Assembly: GCA_937928685.1 (NCBI GenBank)
Contig: CALGJU010000156.1
Coordinates: 1 to 58,090, forward strand
Direction: 5' to 3'
DNA from: an uncultured Granulosicoccaceae bacterium
GTDB lineage: Bacteria; Pseudomonadota; Gammaproteobacteria; Granulosicoccales; Granulosicoccaceae
Length of the DNA: 58,090 bases
Below the pieces are notes generated by a model, which was not told the origin of the DNA, made no database searches, and worked only from the letters and a program-made list of their open reading frames with translations. This document shows, piece by piece, positions 10,583-18,899 of the stretch (within the stretch, counting starts at the first letter, position 1; the number at the start of each line of letters is the position of its first letter). A program made the position numbers and the translations under genes.

Positions 10583-11041
10583 TTGTATAAGGTCAGACTA
10601 TGGTCGGTGCGCCGCGCCCGTGCGTTGGAAATTTTCTATAACGCATTCGAAAAAATCGTTGTTGCACTGCACCCTGTGTGGAAGTTCGTCGGCTACGAGC
10701 GAATAGAAAAACCGTTTGCCGTCACTGAAAAAGTGGTTAAAGGATTTCTTTTTGATTGCCAGATGTGTGGCCAGTGCGCATTGAGCTCTACCGGTATGTC
10801 GTGCCCGATGAACTGCCCCAAAAGTTTGCGCAACGGACCTTGTGGCGGTGTGAGAAGCAACGGCAACTGCGAAATCAAACCGGACATGGCATGCGTTTGG
10901 GTTAAAGCCTGGGAAGGCAATGCGCTAATGTCAGAGAACAAGGTACACGTAGTGCAGTTTCCAGTGAACCATCAGTGGCGTGGTCGCTCCTCATGGTTAG
11001 CCGTGGCGCGCGATAAAAATCAGCCAGCGGATAAAAGCTGA
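10583..11041 (+). CDS. Methylenetetrahydrofolate reductase C-terminal-domain protein (MetV-like Cys-rich subunit)
   Basis: Contains the cysteine cluster CQMCGQCALSSTGMSCPMNCPKSLRNGPCGG. Its stop overlaps the next start (TGATG). The start codon is uncertain: TTG at 10583 or GTG at 10607. Confidence 0.75.
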   Translation: MYKVRLWSVRRARALEIFYNAFEKIVVALHPVWKFVGYERIEKPFAVTEKVVKGFLFDCQMCGQCALSSTGMSCPMNCPKSLRNGPCGGVRSNGNCEIKPDMACVWVKAWEGNALMSENKVHVVQFPVNHQWRGRSSWLAVARDKNQPADKS

Positions 11042-12033
11042 TGGAAAAACGCAACGTTCATTTATCACCGGCAGAGCTATTACCCATTCTTCCAGGTCAC
11101 AGTTCGCCCGGAAGATTCGAACGTGTGCTGCGGGCAGGGAAATTTGCCGTCAGCACCGAACTTGCTCCCCCGGATTCCGCAGACCCGGCACAGGTGTATG
11201 AACGTGCCAGCGTGTTTGATGGCTACGTTGATGCAATAAACGCCACTGACGGCAGCGGCGCGCATTGTCATATGTCGAGTGTTGCCGTATGTGGCCTGCT
11301 AACCCGCGCCGGCTACTCACCCATCATGCAAATATCCTGTCGTGATAAAAACCGTATCGCAATACAAGGCGATATCCTTGGTGCATCGGCCATGGGGGTC
11401 GCCAATATACTCTGCTTAAGCGGAGATGGTGTTGAGTCCGGTGATCATCCTCAGGCCAAATCGGTATTCGATCTTGACTGCATGTCACTACTGCAAATCA
11501 GTAAAAACATGCGCGACAATTCAACGTTTGAAAGTGGCCGCAAGCTCGACAAGGCACCCGCCGTATTCTTAGGTGCTGCAGCCAATCCGTTTGCACCACC
11601 GTACGAATTCCGCGCTGATCGTCTGGCAAAAAAAGTCGCCGCCGGTGCACAGTTTGTTCAAACGCAGTACTGCTACGACATTGACATGTTAAAAAACTAT
11701 ATGCATCAGGTTCGTGAACTGGGCTTAGATAAAAAAATATATATCCTGGTGGGTGTCGGGCCGTTGGCTTCCGCTAAAACAGCTGAATGGATTCGCAAGA
11801 ATGTGCCTGGCGTGCATATTCCGGATGCCGTGGTAAAACGCCTTGCCGGGGCAGAAAATCAACGTGCAGAAGTCATCCAGCTGTGCATAGACATGATTCA
11901 ACAAGTCAGTGAAATAGAAGGCGTTCACGGCTGCCATATTATGGCTTACCGTCAGGAACATACTGTGCCCGAAATAGTTGAACGCTCCGGCATTCTGTCG
12001 CTACGCAATAGACGTCAGGCGCCCACACGCTGA
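11041..12033 (+). CDS. metF: Methylenetetrahydrofolate reductase (MetF-like)
   Basis: 330-aa TIM-barrel MTHFR-like sequence (TELAPP, INATDG, SCRDKNR, LCLSGD). Translationally coupled to the MetV-like gene. Confidence 0.85.
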   Translation: MEKRNVHLSPAELLPILPGHSSPGRFERVLRAGKFAVSTELAPPDSADPAQVYERASVFDGYVDAINATDGSGAHCHMSSVAVCGLLTRAGYSPIMQISCRDKNRIAIQGDILGASAMGVANILCLSGDGVESGDHPQAKSVFDLDCMSLLQISKNMRDNSTFESGRKLDKAPAVFLGAAANPFAPPYEFRADRLAKKVAAGAQFVQTQYCYDIDMLKNYMHQVRELGLDKKIYILVGVGPLASAKTAEWIRKNVPGVHIPDAVVKRLAGAENQRAEVIQLCIDMIQQVSEIEGVHGCHIMAYRQEHTVPEIVERSGILSLRNRRQAPTR

Positions 12034-12106
12034 CCCCGATCTCAACGGTCAGTTACATTCCATAGACTGACTTCCATAGTTTTCAGATAATTTCCGGGAC
12101 ACCCCT

Positions 12107-13009
12107 ATGACTGAAACCGTTATCGGTTCCGCCAAACGCGATCACATCATTGGTTTTAACAAACCATTCACTATGATCGGTGAAAGAATCAACCCGACCG
12201 GGCGAAAGCTACTCGCTGAAGAAATGAAGAACGGCGATTTCAGTCGAGTGGAAGCAGATGCTATCGCCCAGATTGAAGCGGGCGCGCATATGCTAGATAT
12301 CAATGCAGGCATCCCACTGGCAGATGAGCCTGCGTTACTGGCACAAGCTATCGAGTTGGTACAGTCGATCAGCGACATTCCTATCTGTATAGACTCGTCA
12401 ATTATCGAAGCGCTGGATCGCGGCCTGCAGGTCTACAACGGTCGCGCCTTAGTTAACTCCGTTACCGGCGAGATGGAACAGCTTGAACGTGTAATGCCTC
12501 TGGTCAAGAAATACGACGCCGCAGTGGTCGCAATATCAAACGATGAAACCGGTATTTCAGAAGATCCGGCAGTGCGCTTCGCTGTGGCCAAGAAAATCGT
12601 AGAGCATGCAGCAGACTATGGCATCAAAGCCTGTGACGTAGTCATAGACCCACTGGTGATGCCAATCGGTGCCATGGGGCAAGCTGGTCGCCAGGTGTTT
12701 GATATCGTCGGACGTATTCAACGCGAACTAAAGTGCAACACCACTTGTGGCGCTTCAAATGTCAGCTTTGGTCTGCCCAACCGTGATGGTATTAACGGTG
12801 CCTTTTTATCGATGGCTATCTCACACGGAATGACTTCTGCAATAACTAACCCCATACATAAAGAGGTCATGGAATCAGTCATGGCGGCGGACGTGCTTAT
12901 GGGACACGACCCGGATTGCCTGAATTGGATTGGAAAGTATCGAGAACCGCCCAAAGACGGCGACGGACGCGGCCGCCGGGTATCAAAAAGAAAACGACCA
13001 GCAAAATAG
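12107..13009 (+). CDS. Methyltetrahydrofolate:corrinoid methyltransferase (pterin-binding domain, AcsE/MtrH/MetH-module-like)
   Basis: Pterin-binding barrel motifs (IGERINPTGRK, LDINAG, NSVTGE, GASNVSFGLP). The C-terminus is arginine/lysine rich (GRGRRVSKRKRPAK). Confidence 0.85.
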   Translation: MTETVIGSAKRDHIIGFNKPFTMIGERINPTGRKLLAEEMKNGDFSRVEADAIAQIEAGAHMLDINAGIPLADEPALLAQAIELVQSISDIPICIDSSIIEALDRGLQVYNGRALVNSVTGEMEQLERVMPLVKKYDAAVVAISNDETGISEDPAVRFAVAKKIVEHAADYGIKACDVVIDPLVMPIGAMGQAGRQVFDIVGRIQRELKCNTTCGASNVSFGLPNRDGINGAFLSMAISHGMTSAITNPIHKEVMESVMAADVLMGHDPDCLNWIGKYREPPKDGDGRGRRVSKRKRPAK

Positions 13010-13087
13010 CCTCAAGTAGCAACGGCCGGTCATAGGTCGATTTAACACAAGGCGTGCACAAGTGGCACAGCCGCAGGAGTTTCGCCG

Positions 13088-15136
13088 ATGTCAGAATCTT
13101 CCACTCAAAGCCTGCCGGACCAGCCAAGTCAGGTTAAACAGGTAAAAGTAGTCTTTACCCCAAGCGGCAAACGCGGCCATTTTCCGGTGAATACACCGGT
13201 TCTGGAAGCCGCCCGTGCACTGGGGGTGGATATCGACTCGGTTTGTGGCGGCCGTGCCATCTGCGGGCGCTGCCAGGTGCTATGTGCCGAAGGCGAGTTT
13301 TCAAAACACGAGATCGTCTCTGACGCAAAAAATCTGTCGGCCTTTACCAAAACCGAAGAACGCTGGGAGAAGGTAAAAAAGCTATCACTTGATGGGCGTC
13401 GTCTCAGTTGTCAGGCACAGTTGCTGGGCGATGTGGTTATAGATGTGCCACCTGACAGCCAGGTGCACAAACAGGTCATTAGAAAAGGCGCTGATCTGCT
13501 CGATATAGAGCTCGATCCATTAGTGAGGCTGTACTTTGTTCAGGTGGAAGAACCTGACATGCATTCGCCGACCGGTGACCTGCAACGCCTTAAGCTGGCT
13601 CTCGAACAGGAATGGCAGCTAACAGACTTAAGGTTTGAATCTTCGTTGCTACCTACTCTGCAACCCGTTCTGCGTAAGGGAGATTGGCAGGTCACTGTGG
13701 CCGTCGCAGAAGATAACAACATTGTCGCGCTATGGCCGGGACTCAAAGAGCAAGTACTCGGCATAGCGATAGACGTCGGTTCAACCACAATCGCCGCACA
13801 CCTATGTGATTTATTAAGCGGCGATGTACTGGCCTCCTCCGGCATCATGAATCCACAGATTCGCTTTGGCGAAGATCTAATGAGCCGTGTCTCCTATGTG
13901 ATGATGAACCCGGGGGGCGAAGTTGAGATGACGAAAGTGGTTCGCGAAGCGATCAATACCTTAGTCACTGCCACCACAGAAGAAATAGAAGCCGATCTCG
14001 CAGACGTTATGGCTATGACCTTAGTTGCCAACCCGGTGATGCACCATCTGCTACTGGGTATCAACCCGGTTGAGCTGGGCGGAGCTCCATTCGCGCTTGC
14101 CACTGATGAAGCGTTCCGCTGTAATGCCAGTGAACTAAACTTTAACACTCACCCCAATGCACAAGTCTATGTACTGCCATGTATCGCAGGCCATGTAGGC
14201 GCCGATACTGCAGGGGTAATATTGGCAGAACGACCCGATACAATGAGTGACATCACTCTCCTGGTTGATGTTGGCACCAATGCAGAGATTGTCCTTGGTA
14301 ATAACGAAAGAATACTCGCCTGTTCGAGCCCGACAGGCCCGGCATTTGAAGGCGCTCAAATCAGTGGCGGTCAACGAGCAGCGCCGGGTGCCATTGAACG
14401 CGTAAGAATTGATCCTGAAACACTCGAACCTAAGTTCAGTATTATCGGCAGTGAATTATGGTCGGATGATCCAGGTTTTGACGCATCCATTGAATCACTC
14501 GGCGTCACCGGTATCTGTGGCAGTGGAATTATCGAAGTGGTGGCAGAAATGTTTCTGGCAGGCTTGATTGACACCAACGGCGTTATCAGCTCAGCGCATG
14601 CAGATAAGTCTGATCGTGTGATTGAAAACGACAGAACGTTTTCTTATCTGCTGCACGATGGCGACGTAAGAATAGTCATCACTCAAAATGATGTGAGACA
14701 AATACAACTGGCTAAGGCTGCGTTGTACGCCGGGGTCCGATTATTGATGGACAGACTGGAAGTTGAACAAGTTGATCGTATCCGCTTAGCGGGTGCATTC
14801 GGCAGCCACATTGATGTTAAGTATGCGATGATCCTCGGTTTGATACCGGACTGCATTCTTAGCAATGTATCTTCAGCGGGCAATGCAGCAGGATCCGGTG
14901 CACGTATGGCGCTGCTTAATCGACGTACCAGAGACGATATTGAACAGCTGGTGAATCAGGTCGAAAAAATTGAAACTGCTGTCGAGCAGAAGTTTCAGGA
15001 TCATTTCGTTGAAGCCATGGGAATTCCGCATAAAACTGCGAAATTCCCAATGCTTTCAGAGCAGGTTACGCTGCCCGAACCGACGCCTGCATCAAGCGGC
15101 GGGCGGAGCGCTCGCCGCAGACGGCGCAGAAGCTGA
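13088..15136 (+). CDS. Reductive activator of corrinoid enzymes (2Fe-2S ferredoxin domain + ASKHA ATPase domain)
   Basis: N-terminal plant-type ferredoxin motif (CGGRAICGRCQV) followed by a large ASKHA-type domain (DVGSTTIAAHL, DVGTNAEI, GICGSG). The C-terminus ends in GGRSARRRRRRS. Confidence 0.85.
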   Translation: MSESSTQSLPDQPSQVKQVKVVFTPSGKRGHFPVNTPVLEAARALGVDIDSVCGGRAICGRCQVLCAEGEFSKHEIVSDAKNLSAFTKTEERWEKVKKLSLDGRRLSCQAQLLGDVVIDVPPDSQVHKQVIRKGADLLDIELDPLVRLYFVQVEEPDMHSPTGDLQRLKLALEQEWQLTDLRFESSLLPTLQPVLRKGDWQVTVAVAEDNNIVALWPGLKEQVLGIAIDVGSTTIAAHLCDLLSGDVLASSGIMNPQIRFGEDLMSRVSYVMMNPGGEVEMTKVVREAINTLVTATTEEIEADLADVMAMTLVANPVMHHLLLGINPVELGGAPFALATDEAFRCNASELNFNTHPNAQVYVLPCIAGHVGADTAGVILAERPDTMSDITLLVDVGTNAEIVLGNNERILACSSPTGPAFEGAQISGGQRAAPGAIERVRIDPETLEPKFSIIGSELWSDDPGFDASIESLGVTGICGSGIIEVVAEMFLAGLIDTNGVISSAHADKSDRVIENDRTFSYLLHDGDVRIVITQNDVRQIQLAKAALYAGVRLLMDRLEVEQVDRIRLAGAFGSHIDVKYAMILGLIPDCILSNVSSAGNAAGSGARMALLNRRTRDDIEQLVNQVEKIETAVEQKFQDHFVEAMGIPHKTAKFPMLSEQVTLPEPTPASSGGRSARRRRRRS

Positions 15137-16168
15137 ACACACAGTGGTGCGACGAAGATTAGACGCTTTACTGTCTTTCTTCGCCTTACTGGCTTCAACT
15201 TGGCCCGCTGCTCTACGCCGCTCATCACGCGGTGGCAGACCAAAGGTATCGCGGTAGCATTTGCTGAAGTGTGGCGCTGATATAAAACCACACGCCAGTG
15301 CAATATCAACAATCGGCATACTAGTCTGCAGCAACAGCTGTCTTGCACGCTCCAATCTAAGCTCAAGATAATATCGGGTCGGTACGCACTGAAGATAGCG
15401 TTGATACAAACGCTCTAATTGTCTGCGTGACAATCCGACGTGAAAAGACAATTCATCAAGCGTCATAGGCTCTTCGATGTTTGCTTCCATCAACGATACC
15501 GCCTCTGCCAGCTTAGGCTGGTTTGTGCCTATACGCTGCGTTAACGGAACGCGTTGTCTGTCGTGTTTGTCTCTGATTCTATCGCACATGAACTGTTCGA
15601 TAATCGCAGAGGCGAGGTCAGCTCCATGTGAGTTCCTGATCTCGTGCAGAATCATATCCAACGGCGCAATTCCACCCGCGCTCGTATAGCGATTCTCATC
15701 GATTTCAAACAGCTCAGGGGAAATCACCAAATGAGGGAATTCCTCTCTGGCACTGGCCATGTTTTCCCAATGGATAGTGCAGCGGTGTCCATCAAGCGCA
15801 TCGGCTTTGGCCAGCACGTAGGTGCCAGTACATATTGCACCTAAGGTCATATCCCGCTTTGAAAGCGACCGCACCCACGCCGTTACATCGGCATCGCTAT
15901 GATGTTGAATTTGATTGCCGGAACATACAAATACTGCATCAAATTGGGGCGCATCATGGATTGAACAATCCGGAGTGATTGGTATGCCATTGCTGGCGTC
16001 GATAGCATCTCGCGATGCACCGATCGTTGTCCATTCGTAGAGGCTTTCGCCTGAAAGTTGATTCGCCATTCGAAGTGGCTCGAGAGCCGACGAAAATGCG
16101 AGCATTGAAAAATCGGATATTAAAAGAAAACCGATCTTAGTCGGCCCGGAGCTCTTGCTTTTTATCAT
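15092..16168 (-). CDS. GlxA-family (DJ-1/PfpI domain + AraC HTH) transcriptional regulator, GbdR/CdhR-like
   Basis: N-terminal class-I amidotransferase-like domain and C-terminal AraC HTH (LSRRQLERLYQ ... FISAPHFSKCYRDTFG). The 3' end overlaps the convergent activator gene by 45 nt. Confidence 0.85.
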   Translation of the reverse strand: MIKSKSSGPTKIGFLLISDFSMLAFSSALEPLRMANQLSGESLYEWTTIGASRDAIDASNGIPITPDCSIHDAPQFDAVFVCSGNQIQHHSDADVTAWVRSLSKRDMTLGAICTGTYVLAKADALDGHRCTIHWENMASAREEFPHLVISPELFEIDENRYTSAGGIAPLDMILHEIRNSHGADLASAIIEQFMCDRIRDKHDRQRVPLTQRIGTNQPKLAEAVSLMEANIEEPMTLDELSFHVGLSRRQLERLYQRYLQCVPTRYYLELRLERARQLLLQTSMPIVDIALACGFISAPHFSKCYRDTFGLPPRDERRRAAGQVEASKAKKDSKASNLRRTTVCSASAPSAASAPPAA

Positions 16169-16703
16169 GCAGTTTATTCCAACCAGTAGCGTGTCTAGTA
16201 GTGCTCAAGATGCTCACGCTTTTTTTTTACTGGTCCGCAATGGCTGCACTTCCTGTGCTTTTGACCGCGATTCTATGATTGATCGCTCTACGTCGCGTGG
16301 GCCTCACTCTGTTCTCGAAGCAGCACGATGATGTACTGTTTGCGACATTTTAGCTTAGGGCCAGATCATTTCACGATAAGGTGCCAAGACGGTATAAACC
16401 GCTATTTGTTATAGTGTTTTCTCATAAACCACTTTTTAGCCATTGATAACTAACCAGTAATTATATTACTGCCCGGTTCAAAAAAATCAGAATTTTATTC
16501 AGGAAATTAGTAATAACTGAACAAAAACAACCCAGTTGACGAGAAATATTTACATTTGCAGCATCAAAATGCTTCTTGATCGCGACTATTTCTGATTCGC
16601 CTGGACGAATAAACGCACCCGCATTAGCTATTTGCGCCGTCAGTAATTGAGCGGCAAAACTCGAAAGTGCTTCGTACTTTGCCGCTCCAGTCATCAGCCA
16701 GAC

Positions 16704-18251
16704 CTAATAATTCGCATCAGGAAATGATGATTTTCTCTGCTCAATGTAAGCCAACAAAGCCTCATCGACCGCTGGATCAATGGCAGGCGCTTCGTAGCTC
16801 TCGAGCATACTTTTCATTTTTACATTGGCTCTTTGTGAGGTGTCCAGTGACCCTTCAGATTCCCACTGTTCAAAGCTGTTGTTGTCTGCCAGGTCTGAAC
16901 GGTAAAACGCCGCTTCAAAGTTTCTTTGCGTGTGATCGCAGCCGAGGAAGTGCTGGCCTGGTCCCACTTCACGCAAGGCATCCAGGGCCTGGCCGTTCTC
17001 ACTGAAGTCCAAACCTTCACCAAACACTTGCAGCATGCCCGCCTGATCAGCGTCCATAACAAATTTTTCATAACTCATTACCAGCCCGCCTTCCAGCCAG
17101 CCAGCGGTGTGCAACATGAAATTAACACCTGCAAGCATGGCAGATTGCAATGTGTTGGCAGCTTCATAAGCCGCCTGGGCGTCAGGCAGTTTCGACGCAT
17201 TGAGTCCGCCACCGGATCTGAATGGAACACCCAGACGGCGCGCCAACTCCGCGGCGATGTATAACACTGAGGTGGGTTCCGGTGTACCAAACGTGGGCGC
17301 ACCCGACTGCATCGAAATACTGCTCGCAAAGGTGCCAAACACCACCGGGGCACCAGGGCGCACCAGCTGCACAAAAGCCATGCCCGCCAGTGCTTCAGCC
17401 AGAATCTGGGTCACGGTACCAACAACTGTGACCGGAGACATTGCACCGGCGAGAATAAATGGCGATATCACTGTCGCCTGATTGGCCAGCGCATAAGTCT
17501 CCGCTGCGCCGAGCATGGTGTCGTCGAAGGTCATCGGGGAATTGGCATTGATCAAGTTGATCACCACCGTTTTTTCATTGCCGGTATCAGGGTCTATATA
17601 GTCATCACCAAATAGTATTTTCGACATTTCAACGGTATCTTGCGCACGCTCCGCCGCTGTCACCGAACCCATATAGGGCTTGTCGCTATAGCGCATATGC
17701 GAATACACCATATCGAAGTGACGTTTGTTGACCGGTAGATCAACCGGCTCACAAACGGTGCCGCCAGAGTGGTGCAGCGATGGCGACATATACGCCAACT
17801 TCACAAAGTTCTGAAAGTCTTCGATATTGGCGTAGCGCCTGCCATTATCAAGATCACGCACAAAAGGCGAGCCATAAGCCGGCACCAATACAGTATTGTC
17901 GCCACCGACGACCACACTTCGGGCCGGGTTGCGGGCATGCTGAACAAATTCTCTCGGCGCACTGTCCTGGATTATCTTGCGACACATGCCACGCGGAAAA
18001 CGGACCCGCTCACCGTCAATATCGGCCCCTGCCTGTTTGAACAACTCCAGCGCACGGGGAAAGTCCCTGAACTCAATGCCGATCTCTTCGAGCACTGTGT
18101 CAGCGTTGTGCTCGATTAGCTCTAATTGCTCTTGTGTTGCATGACAATAAGACGGAATGCGCCGCTTAATATAGGGCGCAACAGGGGCCTGGTTCGCCGC
18201 ACGGGCTCGCTTGTCTTCGCGTCCGCCCCTTCTTCTTCTCTTTCCTGCCAT
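16704..18251 (-). CDS. MttB-superfamily methyltransferase, non-pyrrolysine class (quaternary amine:corrinoid methyltransferase candidate)
   Basis: 515 aa with typical MttB-family blocks (SPMTFDD, GAMSPVTVVG, AEALAG, GAPTFGTPEP, GWLEGGLVMSYEKF). There is no in-frame TAG. The N-terminus is MAGKRRRRGGREDKRARA. Confidence 0.92.
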   Translation of the reverse strand: MAGKRRRRGGREDKRARAANQAPVAPYIKRRIPSYCHATQEQLELIEHNADTVLEEIGIEFRDFPRALELFKQAGADIDGERVRFPRGMCRKIIQDSAPREFVQHARNPARSVVVGGDNTVLVPAYGSPFVRDLDNGRRYANIEDFQNFVKLAYMSPSLHHSGGTVCEPVDLPVNKRHFDMVYSHMRYSDKPYMGSVTAAERAQDTVEMSKILFGDDYIDPDTGNEKTVVINLINANSPMTFDDTMLGAAETYALANQATVISPFILAGAMSPVTVVGTVTQILAEALAGMAFVQLVRPGAPVVFGTFASSISMQSGAPTFGTPEPTSVLYIAAELARRLGVPFRSGGGLNASKLPDAQAAYEAANTLQSAMLAGVNFMLHTAGWLEGGLVMSYEKFVMDADQAGMLQVFGEGLDFSENGQALDALREVGPGQHFLGCDHTQRNFEAAFYRSDLADNNSFEQWESEGSLDTSQRANVKMKSMLESYEAPAIDPAVDEALLAYIEQRKSSFPDANY

Positions 18252-18473
18252 GGCATTAGGCTCTTAGTGTTAATTTAGGTAGAGTATGCCGCAAGCTGTT
18301 GAAACGACAGTGTGTCCAACGACCCGCAGGTGCACATAAACGCCAAACTGGCGCTGGGCCTCAATACATCCGGTTTTTGTGCACCAGGCAGTCTATAATT
18401 TGCACATTGTTACTGCCGGTTTCAATTGCAACTCGCTGAATTTGTTATTGTTGCAAGATCAGGATACAACGTA

Positions 18474-18660
18474 GGAGGCTGTCCGAGGACTAGGGTCTTG
18501 AGATCCGTTGTGAGATTTTAAGTCAGATATTTCGATCGTGAGAGGCGAATAGTCATTCTTCTTTAACGAAAAGGATCGTAATAGCTGGCCAAAATATCGC
18601 GACCGCAGTAGATCATAGTTCTCGGACAGGCTCCTAGGAGCTTATCCGAGAACTATGGTC
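18474..18660. mobile_element. MITE-like repeat, copy A, plus an adjacent solo terminal repeat that forms a roughly 50-nt palindrome
   Basis: The core 18474-18634 is bounded by imperfect terminal inverted repeats (GGAGGCTGTCCGAG ... CTCGGACAGGCTCC). It matches the reverse complement of 53461-53620 at about nine in ten positions by eye. The segment 18611-18660 is a near-perfect palindrome. Confidence 0.7.
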
Positions 18661-18899
18661 GACAAATGTAGCCGCGAAACGGCACACCGGAGCAAATCAA
18701 TTTTGGCGCGACAAACGCTGAGCCATCAAACTCTTCATGAACCATCATTATATGACCCATGCAAGGTGACAACAGGGATGTAGGTAAATAAAGTACACAT
18801 AGCTTTGCGTGGTCAAATCAGCGAAAATATCCTTAATTAATTATCCACTTTTCACTCTAAATACGTATTGCATCAGTCTTGAAATTCAGGCTGTCCACA

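Noticed and set aside
16704-18251. Pyrrolysine (in-frame TAG) in the MttB homolog
   Set aside because: The ORF is continuous for 515 codons with no internal amber codon. No pyl genes are in the window.
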